Positions 11,051 through 24,300 of a stretch of 64,000 nucleotides of DNA are shown piece by piece. This DNA is from Eledone cirrhosa (Eukaryota). The stretch's first letter is position 1. Each line of letters opens with the position of its first letter. The notes under the pieces are model-generated. The model was not told where the DNA came from. It saw only the letters and a list, made by a program, of their open reading frames with translations, and made no database searches. The DNA lies in NCBI GenBank assembly GCA_964016885.1, contig OZ024740.1, positions 386,136,001 through 386,200,000 of the forward strand, written 5' to 3'. The position numbers and the translations under genes were made by a program.

Positions 11051-14000
11051 AGGGAACCACTGGAGAGAGTGGTACTATATAGACATCTGGTTAGAATGGG
11101 AGAAAAGGGAACCACTGGAGAGATTGGTACTATATAGACATCTGGTTAGAATGGCAGAGGAAGTAACCACTGGAGAGATTGGTACTACATAGACATCTGG
11201 TTAGAATGGCAGAGGAGGGAACCACTGGAGAGAGTGGTACTACATAGACATCTGGTTAGAATGGGAGAGGAGGGAACCACTGGAGAGAGTGGTACTATAT
11301 AGACATCTGGTTAGAATGGCAGATGAGGGAACCACTGGAGAGAGTGGTACTATATAGACATCTGGTTAGAATGGCAGAGGAGGGAACCACTGGAGAGAGT
11401 GGTACTATATAGACATCTGGTTAGAATGGCAGAGGAGGTAACCATTGGAGAGAGTGGTACTATATAGACATCTGGATAGAATGGGAGAGGAGGGAACCAC
11501 TGGTGAGAGTGGTACTATATAGACATCTGGTTAGAATGGCAGAGGAGAGAACCACAGGAGAGAGTGGTACTATATAGACATCTGGTTAGAATGGCAGAGG
11601 AGGTAACCATTGGAGAGAGTGGTACTATATAGACATCTGGTTAGAATGGGAGAGGAGGGAACAACTGGAGAGAGTTGGACTATATAGACATCTGGTTAGA
11701 ATGGCAGAGGAGAGAACCACTGGAGAGAGTGGTACTATATAGACATCTGGTTAGAATGGCAGAGGAGGGAACCAATGGAGAGAGTGGTACTATATAGACA
11801 TCTGGTTAGAATGGGAGAGGAGGGAACAACTGGAGAGAGTTGGACTATATAGACATCTGGTTAGAATGGCAGAGGAGGGACCCATTGGAGAGAGTGGTAC
11901 TATATAGACATCTGCTTAGAATGGGAGAGGAGGGAACAACTGGAGAGAGTTGGACTATATAGACATCTGGTTAGAATGGCAGAGGAGGGAACCACTGGAG
12001 CGAGTGGTACTATATAGACATGTGGTTACAATGGCAAAGGAGGTAACCATTGGAGAGAGTGGTACTATATAGACATCTGGTTAGAATGGCAGAGGAGGGA
12101 ACCACTGGTGAGAGTGGTACTATATAAACCTCTGGTTAGAATGGCAGAGGAGGGACCCATTGGAGAGAGTGGTACTATATAGACATCTGGTTAGAATGGG
12201 AGAGTAGGGAACCACTGGAGAGAGTGGTACTACATAGACATCTGGTTAGAATGGCAGAGGAGGGAACCACTGGAGAGAGTGGTACTACATAGACATCTGG
12301 TTAGAATGGCAGACGAGGGAACCACTGGAGAGAGTGGTACTACATAGACATCTGGTTAGAATGGCAGTTGAGGGAACCACTGGAGAGAGTGGTACTACAC
12401 AGGCATCTGGTTAGAATGGGAGAGGAGGGAACCACTGGAGAGAGTGGTACTATATAAACAAATGGTTAGAATGGCAGAGGAGGGAACCACTGGAGGTAGT
12501 GGTACTACATAGACATCTGGTTAGAATGGGAGAGCAGGGAACCACTGGAGAGAGTGGTACTATATAGACATCTGGTTAGAATGGCAGTTGAGGGAACCAC
12601 TGGAGAGAGTGGTACTACACAGACATCTGGTTAGAATGGGAGAGGAGGGAACTACTGGAGAGAGTGGTACTATATAAACATCTGGTTAGAATGGCAGAGG
12701 AGGGAACCACTTGATAGAGTGGTACTACATAGACATCTGGTTAGAATGGGAGAGGAGGGAACCACTGGAGAGAGTGGTACTATATAGACCTCTGGTTAGA
12801 ATGGCACAGGAGGGAAGCACTGGAGAGAGTGGTACTATATAGACATCTGGTTAGAATGGGAGAACAGGGAACCACTGGAGAGAGTGGTACTACATAGACA
12901 TCTGGTTAGAATGGCAGAGGAGGGAACCACTGGAGCGAGTGGTACTATATAGACATGTGGTTACAATGGCAAAGGAGGTAACCATTGGAGAGAGTGGTAC
13001 TATATAGACATCTGGTTAGAATGGCAGAGGAGGGAACCACTTGATAGAGTGGTACTACATAGACATCTGGTTAGAATGGGAGAGGAGGGAACCACTGGAG
13101 AGAGTGGTACTATATAGACCTCTGGTTAGAATGGCACAGGAGGGAAGCACTGGAGAGAGTGGTACTATATAGACATCTGGTTAGAATGGGAGAACAGGGA
13201 ACCACTGGAGAGAGTGGTACTACATAGACATCTGGTTAGAATGGCAGAGGAGGGAACCACTGGAGCGAGTGGTACTATATAGACATGTGGTTACAATGGC
13301 AAAGGAGGTAACCATTGGAGAGAGTGGTACTATATAGACATCTGGTTAGAATGGCAGAGGAGGGAACCACTGGTGAGAGTGGTACTATATAAACCTCTGG
13401 TTAGAATGGCAGAGGAGGGACCCATTGGAGAGAGTGGTACTATATAGACATCTGGTTAGAATGGGAGAGTAGGGAACCACTGGAGAGAGTGGTACTACAT
13501 AGACATCTGGTTAGAATGGCAGAGGAGGGAACCACTGGAGAGAGTGGTACTACATAGACATCTGGTTAGAATGGCAGACGAGGGAACCACTGGAGAGAGT
13601 GGTACTACATAGACATCTGGTTAGAATGGCAGTTGAGGGAACCACTGGAGAGAGTGGTACTACACAGGCATCTGGTTAGAATGGGAGAGGAGGGAACCAC
13701 TGGAGAGAGTGGTACTATATAAACAAATGGTTAGAATGGCAGAGGAGGGAACCACTGGAGGTAGTGGTACTACATAGACATCTAGTTAGAATGGGAGAGC
13801 AGGGAATCACTGGAGAGAGTGGTACTATATAGACATCTGGTTAGAATGGCAGTTGAGGGAACCACTGGAGAGAGTGGTACTACACAGACATCTGGTTAGA
13901 ATGGGAGAGGAGGGAACTACTGGAGAGAGTGGTACTATATAAACATCTGGTTAGAATGGCAGAGGAGGGAACCACTTGATAGAGTGGTACTACATAGACA

Positions 14001-15329
14001 TCTGGTTAGAATGGGAGAGGAGGGAACCACTGGAGAGAGTGGTACTATATAGACCTCTGGTTAGAATGGCACAGGAGGGAAGCACTGGAGAGAGTGGTAC
14101 TATATAGACATCTGGTTAGAATGGGAGAACAGGGAACCACTGGAGAGAGTGGTACTACATAGACATCTGGTTAGAATGGCAGAGGAGGGAACCACTGGAG
14201 AGAGTGATACTACACAGACATCTGGTTAGAATGGGAGAGTAGGGAAACGCTGCAGAGAGTGGTACTATATAGACATCTGGTTAGAATGGCAGAGGAGGGA
14301 AACACTGGAGAGAGTAGTACTACATAGACATCTGGATAGAATGGGAGAGGAGGGAACCACTGGAGAGAGTGGTACTATATAGACATCTGGTTAGAATGGC
14401 AGTTGAGGGAACCACTGGAGAGAGTGGTAATATATAGACATCTGGTTAGAATGGCAGAGGAGGGAACCACTGGAGGTAGTGGTACTACATAGACATCTGG
14501 TTAGAATGGGAGAGCAGGGAACCACTGGAGAGAGTGGTACTATATAGACATCTGGTTAGAATGGCAGTTGAGGGAACCACTGGAGAGAGTGGTACTACAT
14601 AGACATCTGGTTAGAATGGCAGAGGAGGGGAGCACTGGAGTGAGTGGTACTATAGAGACATCTGGTTAGAATGACAGAGGAGGGAACCACTGGAGAGATT
14701 GGTACTACATAGACATCTAGTTACAATGGCAGAAGAGGGAACCACTGGAGAGATTGGTACTACATAGACATCTGGTTAGAATGGCAGAGGAGGGAACCAT
14801 TGGAGAGAGTGGTACTATATAGACATCTGGTTAGAATGGCAGAGGAGGGAACCACTGGAGCGAGTGGTACTATATAGACATCTGGTTAGAATGGCAGTTG
14901 AGAGAACCACTGGAGAGAGTGGTACTACACAGACATCTGGTTAGAATGGGAGAGGAGGGAAGCACTGGAGTGAGTGGTACTATAGAGACATCTGGTTAGA
15001 ATGACAGAGGAGGGAACCACTGGAGAGATTCGTACTACATAGACATCTGGTTAGAATGGCAGAGGAGGGAACCATTGGAGAGAGTGGTACTATATAGACA
15101 TCTGGTTAGAATGGCAGAGGAGGGAACCACTGGAGAGAGTGGTACTACACAGACATCTGGTTAGATTGGGAGAGGAGGGAAGCACTGGAGTGAGTGGTAC
15201 TATAGAGACATCTGGTTAGAATGACAGAGGAGGGAACCACTGGAGAGATTGGTACTACATAGACGTCTAGTTACAATGGCAGAAGAGGGACCCACTGGAG
15301 AGATTGGTACTACATAGACATCTGGTTAG

Positions 15330-18300
15330 AATGGCAGAGGAGGGAACCACTGGAGAGAGTGGTACTATATATCATCTGGTTAGAATGGCAGAGGAGGGAA
15401 CCACTGGAGAGAGTGGTACTACATAGACATCTGGTTAGAATGGGAGAGGAGGGAACCACTGGAGAGAGTGGTACTATATAGACATCTGGTTAGAATGGCA
15501 GATGAGGGAACCACTGGAGAGAGTGGTACTATATATCATCTGGTTAGAATGGCAGAGGAGGGAACCACTGGAGAGAGTGGTACTACATAGACATCTGGTT
15601 AGAATGGGAGAGGAGGGAACCACTGGAGAGAGTGGTACTATATAGACATCTGGTTAGAATGGCAGACGAGGGAACCACTGGAGAGAGTGGTACTATATAG
15701 GCATCTGGTTAGAATGGCAGAGTAGGGAATCACTGGAGCGAGTGGTACTATATAGACATCTGGATAGAATGGGAGAGGAGGGAACCACTGGAGAGAGTGG
15801 TACTATATAGACATCTGGTTAGAATGGCAGAGGAGAGAACCACTGGAGAGAGTGGTACTATATAGACATCTGGTTAGAATGGGAGAGGAGGGAACCACTG
15901 GAGAGAGTGGTATTATATAGACATCTGGTTAGAATGGGAGAGGAGGGAACCACTGGAGAGAGTGGTACTATATAGACATCTGGATAGAATGGGAGAGGAG
16001 GGAACCACTGGAGAGAGTGGTACTATATAGACATCTGGTTAGAATGGGAGAGGAGGGAACCACTGGAGAGAGTGGTACTATATAGACATCTTGTTAGAAT
16101 GGCAGAGGAGGGAACCAATGGAGAGAGTGGTACTATATAGACATCTGGATAGAATGGGAGAGGAGGGAACCACTGGAGAGAGTGGTTCTATATAGACATC
16201 TTGTTAGCATGGGAGAGGAGAGAACCACTGGAGAGAGTGGTACTATATAGACATCTGGTTAGAATGGCAGAGGAGAGAACCACTGGAGAGAGTGGTACTG
16301 TATAGACATCTGGTTAGAATGGCAGAGGAGGGAACCAATGGAGAGAGTGGTACTATATAGACATCTGGATAGAATGGGAGAGGAGGGAACCACTGGAGAG
16401 AGTGGTACTATATAGACATCTTGTTAGCATGGGAGAGGAGGGAACCACTGGAGAGAGTGGTACTATATAGACATCTGGTTAGAATGGCAGAGGAGAGAAC
16501 CACTGGAGAGAGTGGTACTATATAGACATCTGGTTAGAATGGCAGAGGAGGGAACCAATGGAGAGAGTGGTATTATATAGGCATCTGGTTAGAATGGGAG
16601 AGGAGGGAACCATTGGAGAGAGTGGTACTATATAGACATCTGCTTAGAATGGGAGAGGAGGGAACCAATGGAGAGAGTGGTACTATATAGACATCTGGTT
16701 AGAATGGGAGAGTAGGGAACCACTGGAGAGAGTGGTACTATATAGACATCTGCTTAGAATGGGAGAGGAGGGAACAACTGGAGAGAGTTGGACTATATAG
16801 ACATCTGGTTAGAATGGGAGAGGAGGGAACCACTGGAGCGAGTGGTACTATATAGACATCTGGTTAAAATGGGAGAGGAGGGAACCACTGGAGAGAGTGG
16901 TACTATATAGACATCTGGTTTGAATGGGAGAGGAGGGAAGCACTGGAGTGAGTGGTACTATATAGACATCTGGTTAGAATGGGAGAACAGGGAACCACTG
17001 GAGAGAGTGGTACTACATAGACATCTGGTTAGAATGGCAGAGGAGGGAACCACTGGAGAGAGTGATACTACACAGACATCTGGTTAGAATGGGAGAGTAG
17101 GGAACCGCTGCAGAGAGTGGTACTATATAGACATCTGGTTAGAATGGCAGAGGAGGGAAACACTGGAGAGAGTAGTACTACATAGACATCTTGATAGAAT
17201 GGGAGAGGAGGGAACCACTGGAGAGAGTGGTACTATATAGACATCTGGTTAGAATGGCAGTTGAGGGAACCACTGGAGAGAGTGGTACTACATAGACATC
17301 TGGTTAGAATGGCAGAGGAGGTAACCACTGGAGAGAGTGGTACTATATAGACATCTGGTTAGAATGGCAGTTGAGGGAACCACTGGAGAGAGTGGTACTA
17401 CATAGACATCTGGTTAGAATGGGAGAGGAGGGAACCACTGGAGAGAGTGGTACTATATAGACATCTGGTTAGAATGGGAGAGGTGGGAACCACTGGAGAG
17501 AGTGGTACTATATAGACATCTGGTTAGAATGGCAGAGGAGGGAACCACTGGAGAGAGTGGTACTATAAAGACATCTGGTTAGAATGGCAGTTGAGGGAAC
17601 CACTGGAGAGAGTGGTACTACACAGACATCTGGTTAGAATGGGAGAGGAGGGAAGCACTGGAGTGAGTGGTACTATAGAGACATCTGGTTAGAATGACAG
17701 AGGAGGGAACCACTGGAGAGATTGGTACTACATAGACATCTAGTTACAATGGCAGAAGAGGGAACCACTGGAGAGATTGGTACTACATAGACATCTGGTT
17801 AGAATGGCAGAGGAGGGAACCATCGGAGAGAGTGGTACTATATAGACATCTGGTTAGAATGGGAATGGAGAGGACCACTGGAGAGAGTGGTACTATATAT
17901 CATCTGGTTAGAATGGCAGAGGAGGGAACCACTGGAGAGAGTGGTACTATATAGACATCTGGTTAGAATGGGAGAGTAGGGAACCACTGGAGAGAGTGGT
18001 ACTATATAAACATCTGGTTAGAATGGCAGAGGAGGGACCCATTGGAGAGAGAGGTACTATATAGACATCTGGTTAGAATGGGAGAGTAGAGAACCACCGG
18101 AGAGAGTGGTACTATATAGACATCTGGTTAGAATGGCAGAGGAGGGAAACACTGGAGAGAGTAGTACTACATAGACATCTGGATAGAATGGGAGAGGAGG
18201 GAACCACTGGAGAGAGTGGTACTATATAGACATCTGGTTAGAATGGCAGTTGAGGGAACCACTGGAGAGAGTGGTATTATATAGACATCTGGTTAGAATG

Positions 18301-21300
18301 GCACAGGAGGGAAGCACTGGAGAGAGTGGTACTATATAGACATCTGGTTAGAATGGGAGAACAGGGAACCACTGGAGAGAGTGGTACTACATAGACATCT
18401 GGTTAGAATGGCAGAGGAGGGAACCACTGGAGTGAGTGGTACTATATAAACATCTGGTTAGAATGGCAGAGGAGGGAACCACTGGTGAGAGTGATACTAC
18501 ACAGACATCTGGTTAGAATGGGAGAGTAGGGAACCGCTGCAGAGAGTGGTACTATATAGACATCTGGTTTGAATGGCAGAGGAGGGAAACACTGGAGAGA
18601 GTAGTACTACATAGACATCTGGATAGAATGGGAGAGGAGGGAACCACTGGAGAGAGTGGTACTATATAGACATCTGGTTAGAATGGCAGTTGAGGGAACC
18701 ACTGGAGAGAATGGTACTACATAAACATCTGGTTAGAATGGCAGAGGAGGGAACCACTGGAGAGATTGGTACTACATAGACATCTGGTTAGAATGGCAGA
18801 GGAGGGAACCATTGGAGAGTGGTACTATATAGACATCTGGTTAGAATGGCAGAGGAGGGAACCACTGGAGAGAGTGGTACTATATAGACATCTGGTTAGA
18901 ATGGCAGTTGAGGGAACCACTGGAGAGAGTGGTACTATATAGACATCTGGTTAGAATGGCAGAGGAGGGAACCACTGGAGAGAGTGGTACTACATAGACA
19001 TCTGGTTAGAATGGGAGAAGAGGGAAGCACTGGAGTGAGTGGTACTACATAGACATCTGGTTAGAATGGGAGAGGAGGGAACCACTGGAGAGATTGGTAC
19101 TACATAGACATCTGGTTAGAATGGCAGAGGAGGGAACCATTGGAGAGAGTGGTACTATATAGACATCTGTTTAGAATGGCAGAGGAGGGAACCACTGGAG
19201 AGAGTGGTACTATATATCATCTGGTTAGAATGGCAGAGGAGGGAACCACTGGAGAGAGTGGTACTACATAGACATCTGGTTAGAATGGGAGAGGAGGGAA
19301 CCACTGGAGAGAGTGGTACTATATAGACATCTGGTTAGAATGGCAGATGAGGGAACCACTGGAGAGAGTGGTACTATATATCATCTGGTTAGAATGGCAG
19401 AGGAGGGAACCACTGGAGAGAGTGGTACTACATAGACATCTGGTTAGAATGGGAGAGGAGGGAACCACTGGAGAGAGTGGTACTATATAGACATCTGGTT
19501 AGAATGGCAGACGAGGGAACCACTGGAGAGAGTGGTACTATATAGGCATCTGGTTAGAATGGCAGAGTAGGGAATCACTGGAGCGAGTGGTACTATATAG
19601 ACATCTGGATAGAATGGGAGAGGAGGGAACCACTGGAGAGAGTGGTACTATATAGACATCTGGTTAGAATGGCAGAGGAGAGAACCACTGGAGAGAGTGG
19701 TACTATATAGACATCTGGTTAGAATGGGAGAGGAGGGAACCACTGGAGAGAGTGGTATTATATAGACATCTGGTTAGAATGGGAGAGGAGGGAACCACTG
19801 GAGAGAGTGGTACTATATAGACATCTGGATAGAATGGGAGAGGAGGGAACCACTGGAGAGAGTGGTACTATATAGACATCTGGTTAGAATGGGAGAGGAG
19901 GGAACCACTGGAGAGAGTGGTACTATATAGACATCTTGTTAGAATGGCAGAGGAGGGAACCAATGGAGAGAGTGGTACTATATAGACATCTGGATAGAAT
20001 GGGAGAGGAGGGAACCACTGGAGAGAGTGGTACTATATAGACATCTTGTTAGCATGGGAGAGGAGAGAACCACTGGAGAGAGTGGTACTATATAGACATC
20101 TGGTTAGAATGGCAGAGGAGAGAACCACTGGAGAGAGTGGTACTGTATAGACATCTGGTTAGAATGGCAGAGGAGGGAACCAATGGAGAGAGTGGTACTA
20201 TATAGACATCTGGATAGAATGGGAGAGGAGGGAACCACTGGAGAGAGTGGTACTATATAGACATCTTGTTAGCATGGGAGAGGAGGGAACCACTGGAGAG
20301 AGTGGTACTATATAGACATCTGGTTAGAATGGCAGAGGAGAGAACCACTGGAGAGAGTGGTACTATATAGACATCTGGTTAGAATGGCAGAGGAGGGAAC
20401 CAATGGAGAGAGTGGTATTATATAGGCATCTGGTTAGAATGGGAGAGGAGGGAACCATTGGAGAGAGTGGTACTATATAGACATCTGCTTAGAATGGGAG
20501 AGGAGGGAACCAATGGAGAGAGTGGTACTATATAGACATCTGGTTAGAATGGGAGAGTAGGGAACCACTGGAGAGAGTGGTACTATATAGACATCTGCTT
20601 AGAATGGGAGAGGAGGGAACAACTGGAGAGAGTTGGACTATATAGACATCTGGTTAGAATGGGAGAGGAGGGAACCACTGGAGCGAGTGGTACTATATAG
20701 ACATCTGGTTAAAATGGGAGAGGAGGGAACCACTGGAGAGAGTTGGACTATATAGACATCTGGTTTGAATGGGAGAGGAGGGAACCACTGGAGCGCGTGG
20801 TACTATATAGACATCTGGTTAGAATGGCAGACGAGGGAACCACTGGAGAGAGTGGTACTACATAGGCATCTGGTTAGAATGGGAGAGTAGGGAACCGCTG
20901 CAGAGAGTGGTACTATATAGACATCTGGTTAGAATGGGAGAGGAGGGAACCACTGGAGAGAGTGGTACTATATAGACATCTGGATAGAATGGGAGAGGAG
21001 GGAACCACTGGAGAGAGTGGTACTATATAGACATCTGGTTAGAATGGCAGTTGAGGGAACCACTGGAGAGAGTGGTACTACATAGACATCTGGTTAGAAT
21101 GGCAGAGGAGGTAACCACTGGAGAGAGTGGTATTATATAGACATCTGGTTAGAATGGCAGTTGAGGGAACCACTGGAGAGAGTGGTACTACACAGACATC
21201 TGGTTAGAATGTGAGAGGAGGGAAGCACTGGAGTGAGTGGTACTATAGAGACATCTGGTTAGAATGACAGAGGAGGGAACCACTGGAGAGATTGGTACTA

Positions 21301-24300
21301 CATAGACATCTAGTTACAATGGCAGAAGAGGGAACCATTGGAGAGATTGGTACTACATAGACATCTGGTTAGAATGGCAGAGGAGGGAACCATTGGAGAG
21401 AGTGGTACTATATAGACATCTGGTTAGAATGGCAGAGGAGGGAACCACTGGAGAGAGTGGTACTATATAGACATCTGGTTAGAATGGCAGTTGAGGGAAC
21501 CACTGGAGAGAGTGGTACTACACAGACATCTGGTTAGAATGGGAGAGGAGGGAAGCACTGGAGTGAGTGGTACTATAGAGACATCTGGTTAGAATGACAG
21601 AGGAGGGAACCACTGGAGAGATTGGTACTACATAGACATCTAGTTACAATGGCAGAAGAGGGAACCACTGGAGAGATTGGTACTACATAGACATCTGGTT
21701 AGAATGGCAGAGGAGGGAACCATTGGAGAGAGTGGTACTATATAGACATCTGGTTAGAATGGCAGAGGAGGGAACCACTGGAGAGAGTGGTACTACACAG
21801 ACATCTGGTTAGAATGGGAGAGGAGGGAAGCACTGGAGTGAGTGGTACTATAGAGACATCTGGTTAGAATGACAGAGGAGGGAACCACTGGAGAGATTGG
21901 TACTACATAGACATCTAGTTACAATGGCAGAAGAGGGACCCACTGGAGAGATTGGTACTACATAGACATCTGGTTAGAATGGCAGAGTAGGGAACCATTG
22001 GAGAGAGTGGTACTATATAGACATCTGTTTAGAATGGCAGAGGAGGGAACCACTTGAAAGATTGGTAATATATAGACATCTGGTTAGAATGGGAATGGAG
22101 GGGACCACTGGAGAGAGTGGTACTATATATCATCTGGTTAGAATGGCAGAGGAGGGAACCACTGGAGAGAGTGGTACTATATAGACATCTGGTTTGAATG
22201 GGAGAGTAGGGAACCACTGGAGAGAGTGGTACTATATAAACATCTGGTTAGAATGGCAGAGGAGGGACCCATTGGAGAGAGTGGTACTATATAGACATCT
22301 GGTTAGAAGGGGAGAGTAGGGAACCACTGGAGAGAGTGGTACTACATAGACATCTGGTTAGAATGGCAGAGGAGGGAACCACTGGAGAGAGTGGTACTAC
22401 ATAGACATCTGGTTAGAATGGCAGACGAGGGAACCACTGGAGAGAGTGGTACTACATAGACATCTGGTTAGAATGGCAGTTGAGGGAACCACTGGAGAGA
22501 GTGGTACTACACAGACATCTGGTTAGAATGGGAGAGGAGGGAACCACTGGAGAGAGTGGTGCTATATAAACATCTGGTTAGAATGGCAGAGGAGGGAACC
22601 ACTGGAGGTAGTGGTACTACATAATCATCTGGTTAGAATGGGAGAGCAGGGAACCACTGGAGAGAGTGGTACTATATAGACATCTGGTTAGAATGGCAGT
22701 TGAGGGAACCACTGGAGAGAGTGGTACTACACAGACATCTGGTTAGAATGGGAGAGGAGGGAACTACTGGAGAGAGTGGTACTATATAAACATCTGGTTA
22801 GAATGGCAGAGGAGGGAACCACTTGATAGAGTGGTACTACATAGACATCTGGTTAGAATGGGAGAGGAGGGAACCACTGGAGAGAGTGGTACTACATAGA
22901 CATCTGGTTAGAATGGCAGAGGAGGGAACCACTGGAGTGAGTGGTACTATATAAACATCTGGTTAGAATGGCAGAGGAGGGAACCACTGGTGAGAGTGAT
23001 ACTACACAGACATCTGGTTAGAATGGGAGAGTAGGGAACCGCTGCAGAGAGTGGTACTATATAGACATCTGGTTAGAATGGCAGAGGAGGGAAACACTGG
23101 AGAGAGTAGTACTACATAGACATCTGGATAGAATGGGAGAGGAGGGAACCACTGGAGAGAGTGGTACTATATAGACATCTGGTTAGAATGGCAGTTGAGG
23201 GAACCACTGGAGAGAATGGTACTACATAGACATCTGGTTAGAATGGCAGAGGAGGGAACCATTGGAGAGTGGTACTATATAGACATCTGGTTAGAATGGC
23301 AGAGGAGGGAACCACTGGAGAGAGTGGTACTATATAGACATCTGGTTAGAATGGCAGTTGAGGGAACCACTGGAGAGAGTGGTACTATATAGACATCTGG
23401 TTAGAATGGCAGAGGAGGGAACCACTGGAGAGAGGGGTACTACATAGACATCTGGTTAGAATGGGAGAGGAGGGAAGCACTGGAGTGAGTGGTACTACAT
23501 AGACATCTGGTTAGAATGGGAGAGGAGGGAACCACTGGAGAGATTGGTACTACATAGACATCTGGTTAGAATGGCAGAGGAGGGAACCATTGGAGAGAGT
23601 GGTACTATATAGACATCTGTTTAGAATGGCAGAGGAGGGACCCACTGGAGAGAGTGGTACTATATATCATCTGGTTAGAATGGCAGAGGAGGGAACCACT
23701 GGAGAGAGTGGTACTACATAGACATCTGGTTAGAATGGGAGAGGAGGGAACCACTGGAGAGAGTGGTACTATATAGACATCTGGTTAGAATGGCAGATGA
23801 GGGAACCACTGGAGAGAGTGGTACTATATATCATCTGGTTAGAATGGCAGAGGAGGGAACCACTGGAGAGAGTGGTACTACATAGACATCTGGTTAGAAT
23901 GGGAGAGGAGGGAACCACTGGAGAGAGTGGTACTATATAGACATCTGGTTAGAATGGCAGAGGAGGGAACCAATGGAGAGAGTGGTACTATATAGACATC
24001 TGGATAGAATGGGAGAGGAGGGAACCACTGGAGAGAGTGGTACTATATAGACATCTTGTTAGCATGGGAGAGGAGAGAACCACTGGAGAGAGTGGTACTA
24101 TATAGACATCTGGTTAGAATGGCAGAGGAGAGAACCACTGGAGAGAGTGGTACTGTATAGACATCTGGTTAGAATGGCAGAGGAGGGAACCAATGGAGAG
24201 AGTGGTACTATATAGACATCTGGATAGAATGGGAGAGGAGGGAACCACTGGAGAGAGTGGTACTATATAGACATCTTGTTAGCATGGGAGAGGAGGGAAC

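Noticed and set aside
5404-23392. Plus-strand ORFs at 5404, 6767 and 23195 (and the minus-strand ORF at 63631)
   Set aside because: They are chance openings created by -1/-2 indel alleles or point variants that skip the periodic stops, and they barely exceed the length cutoff.
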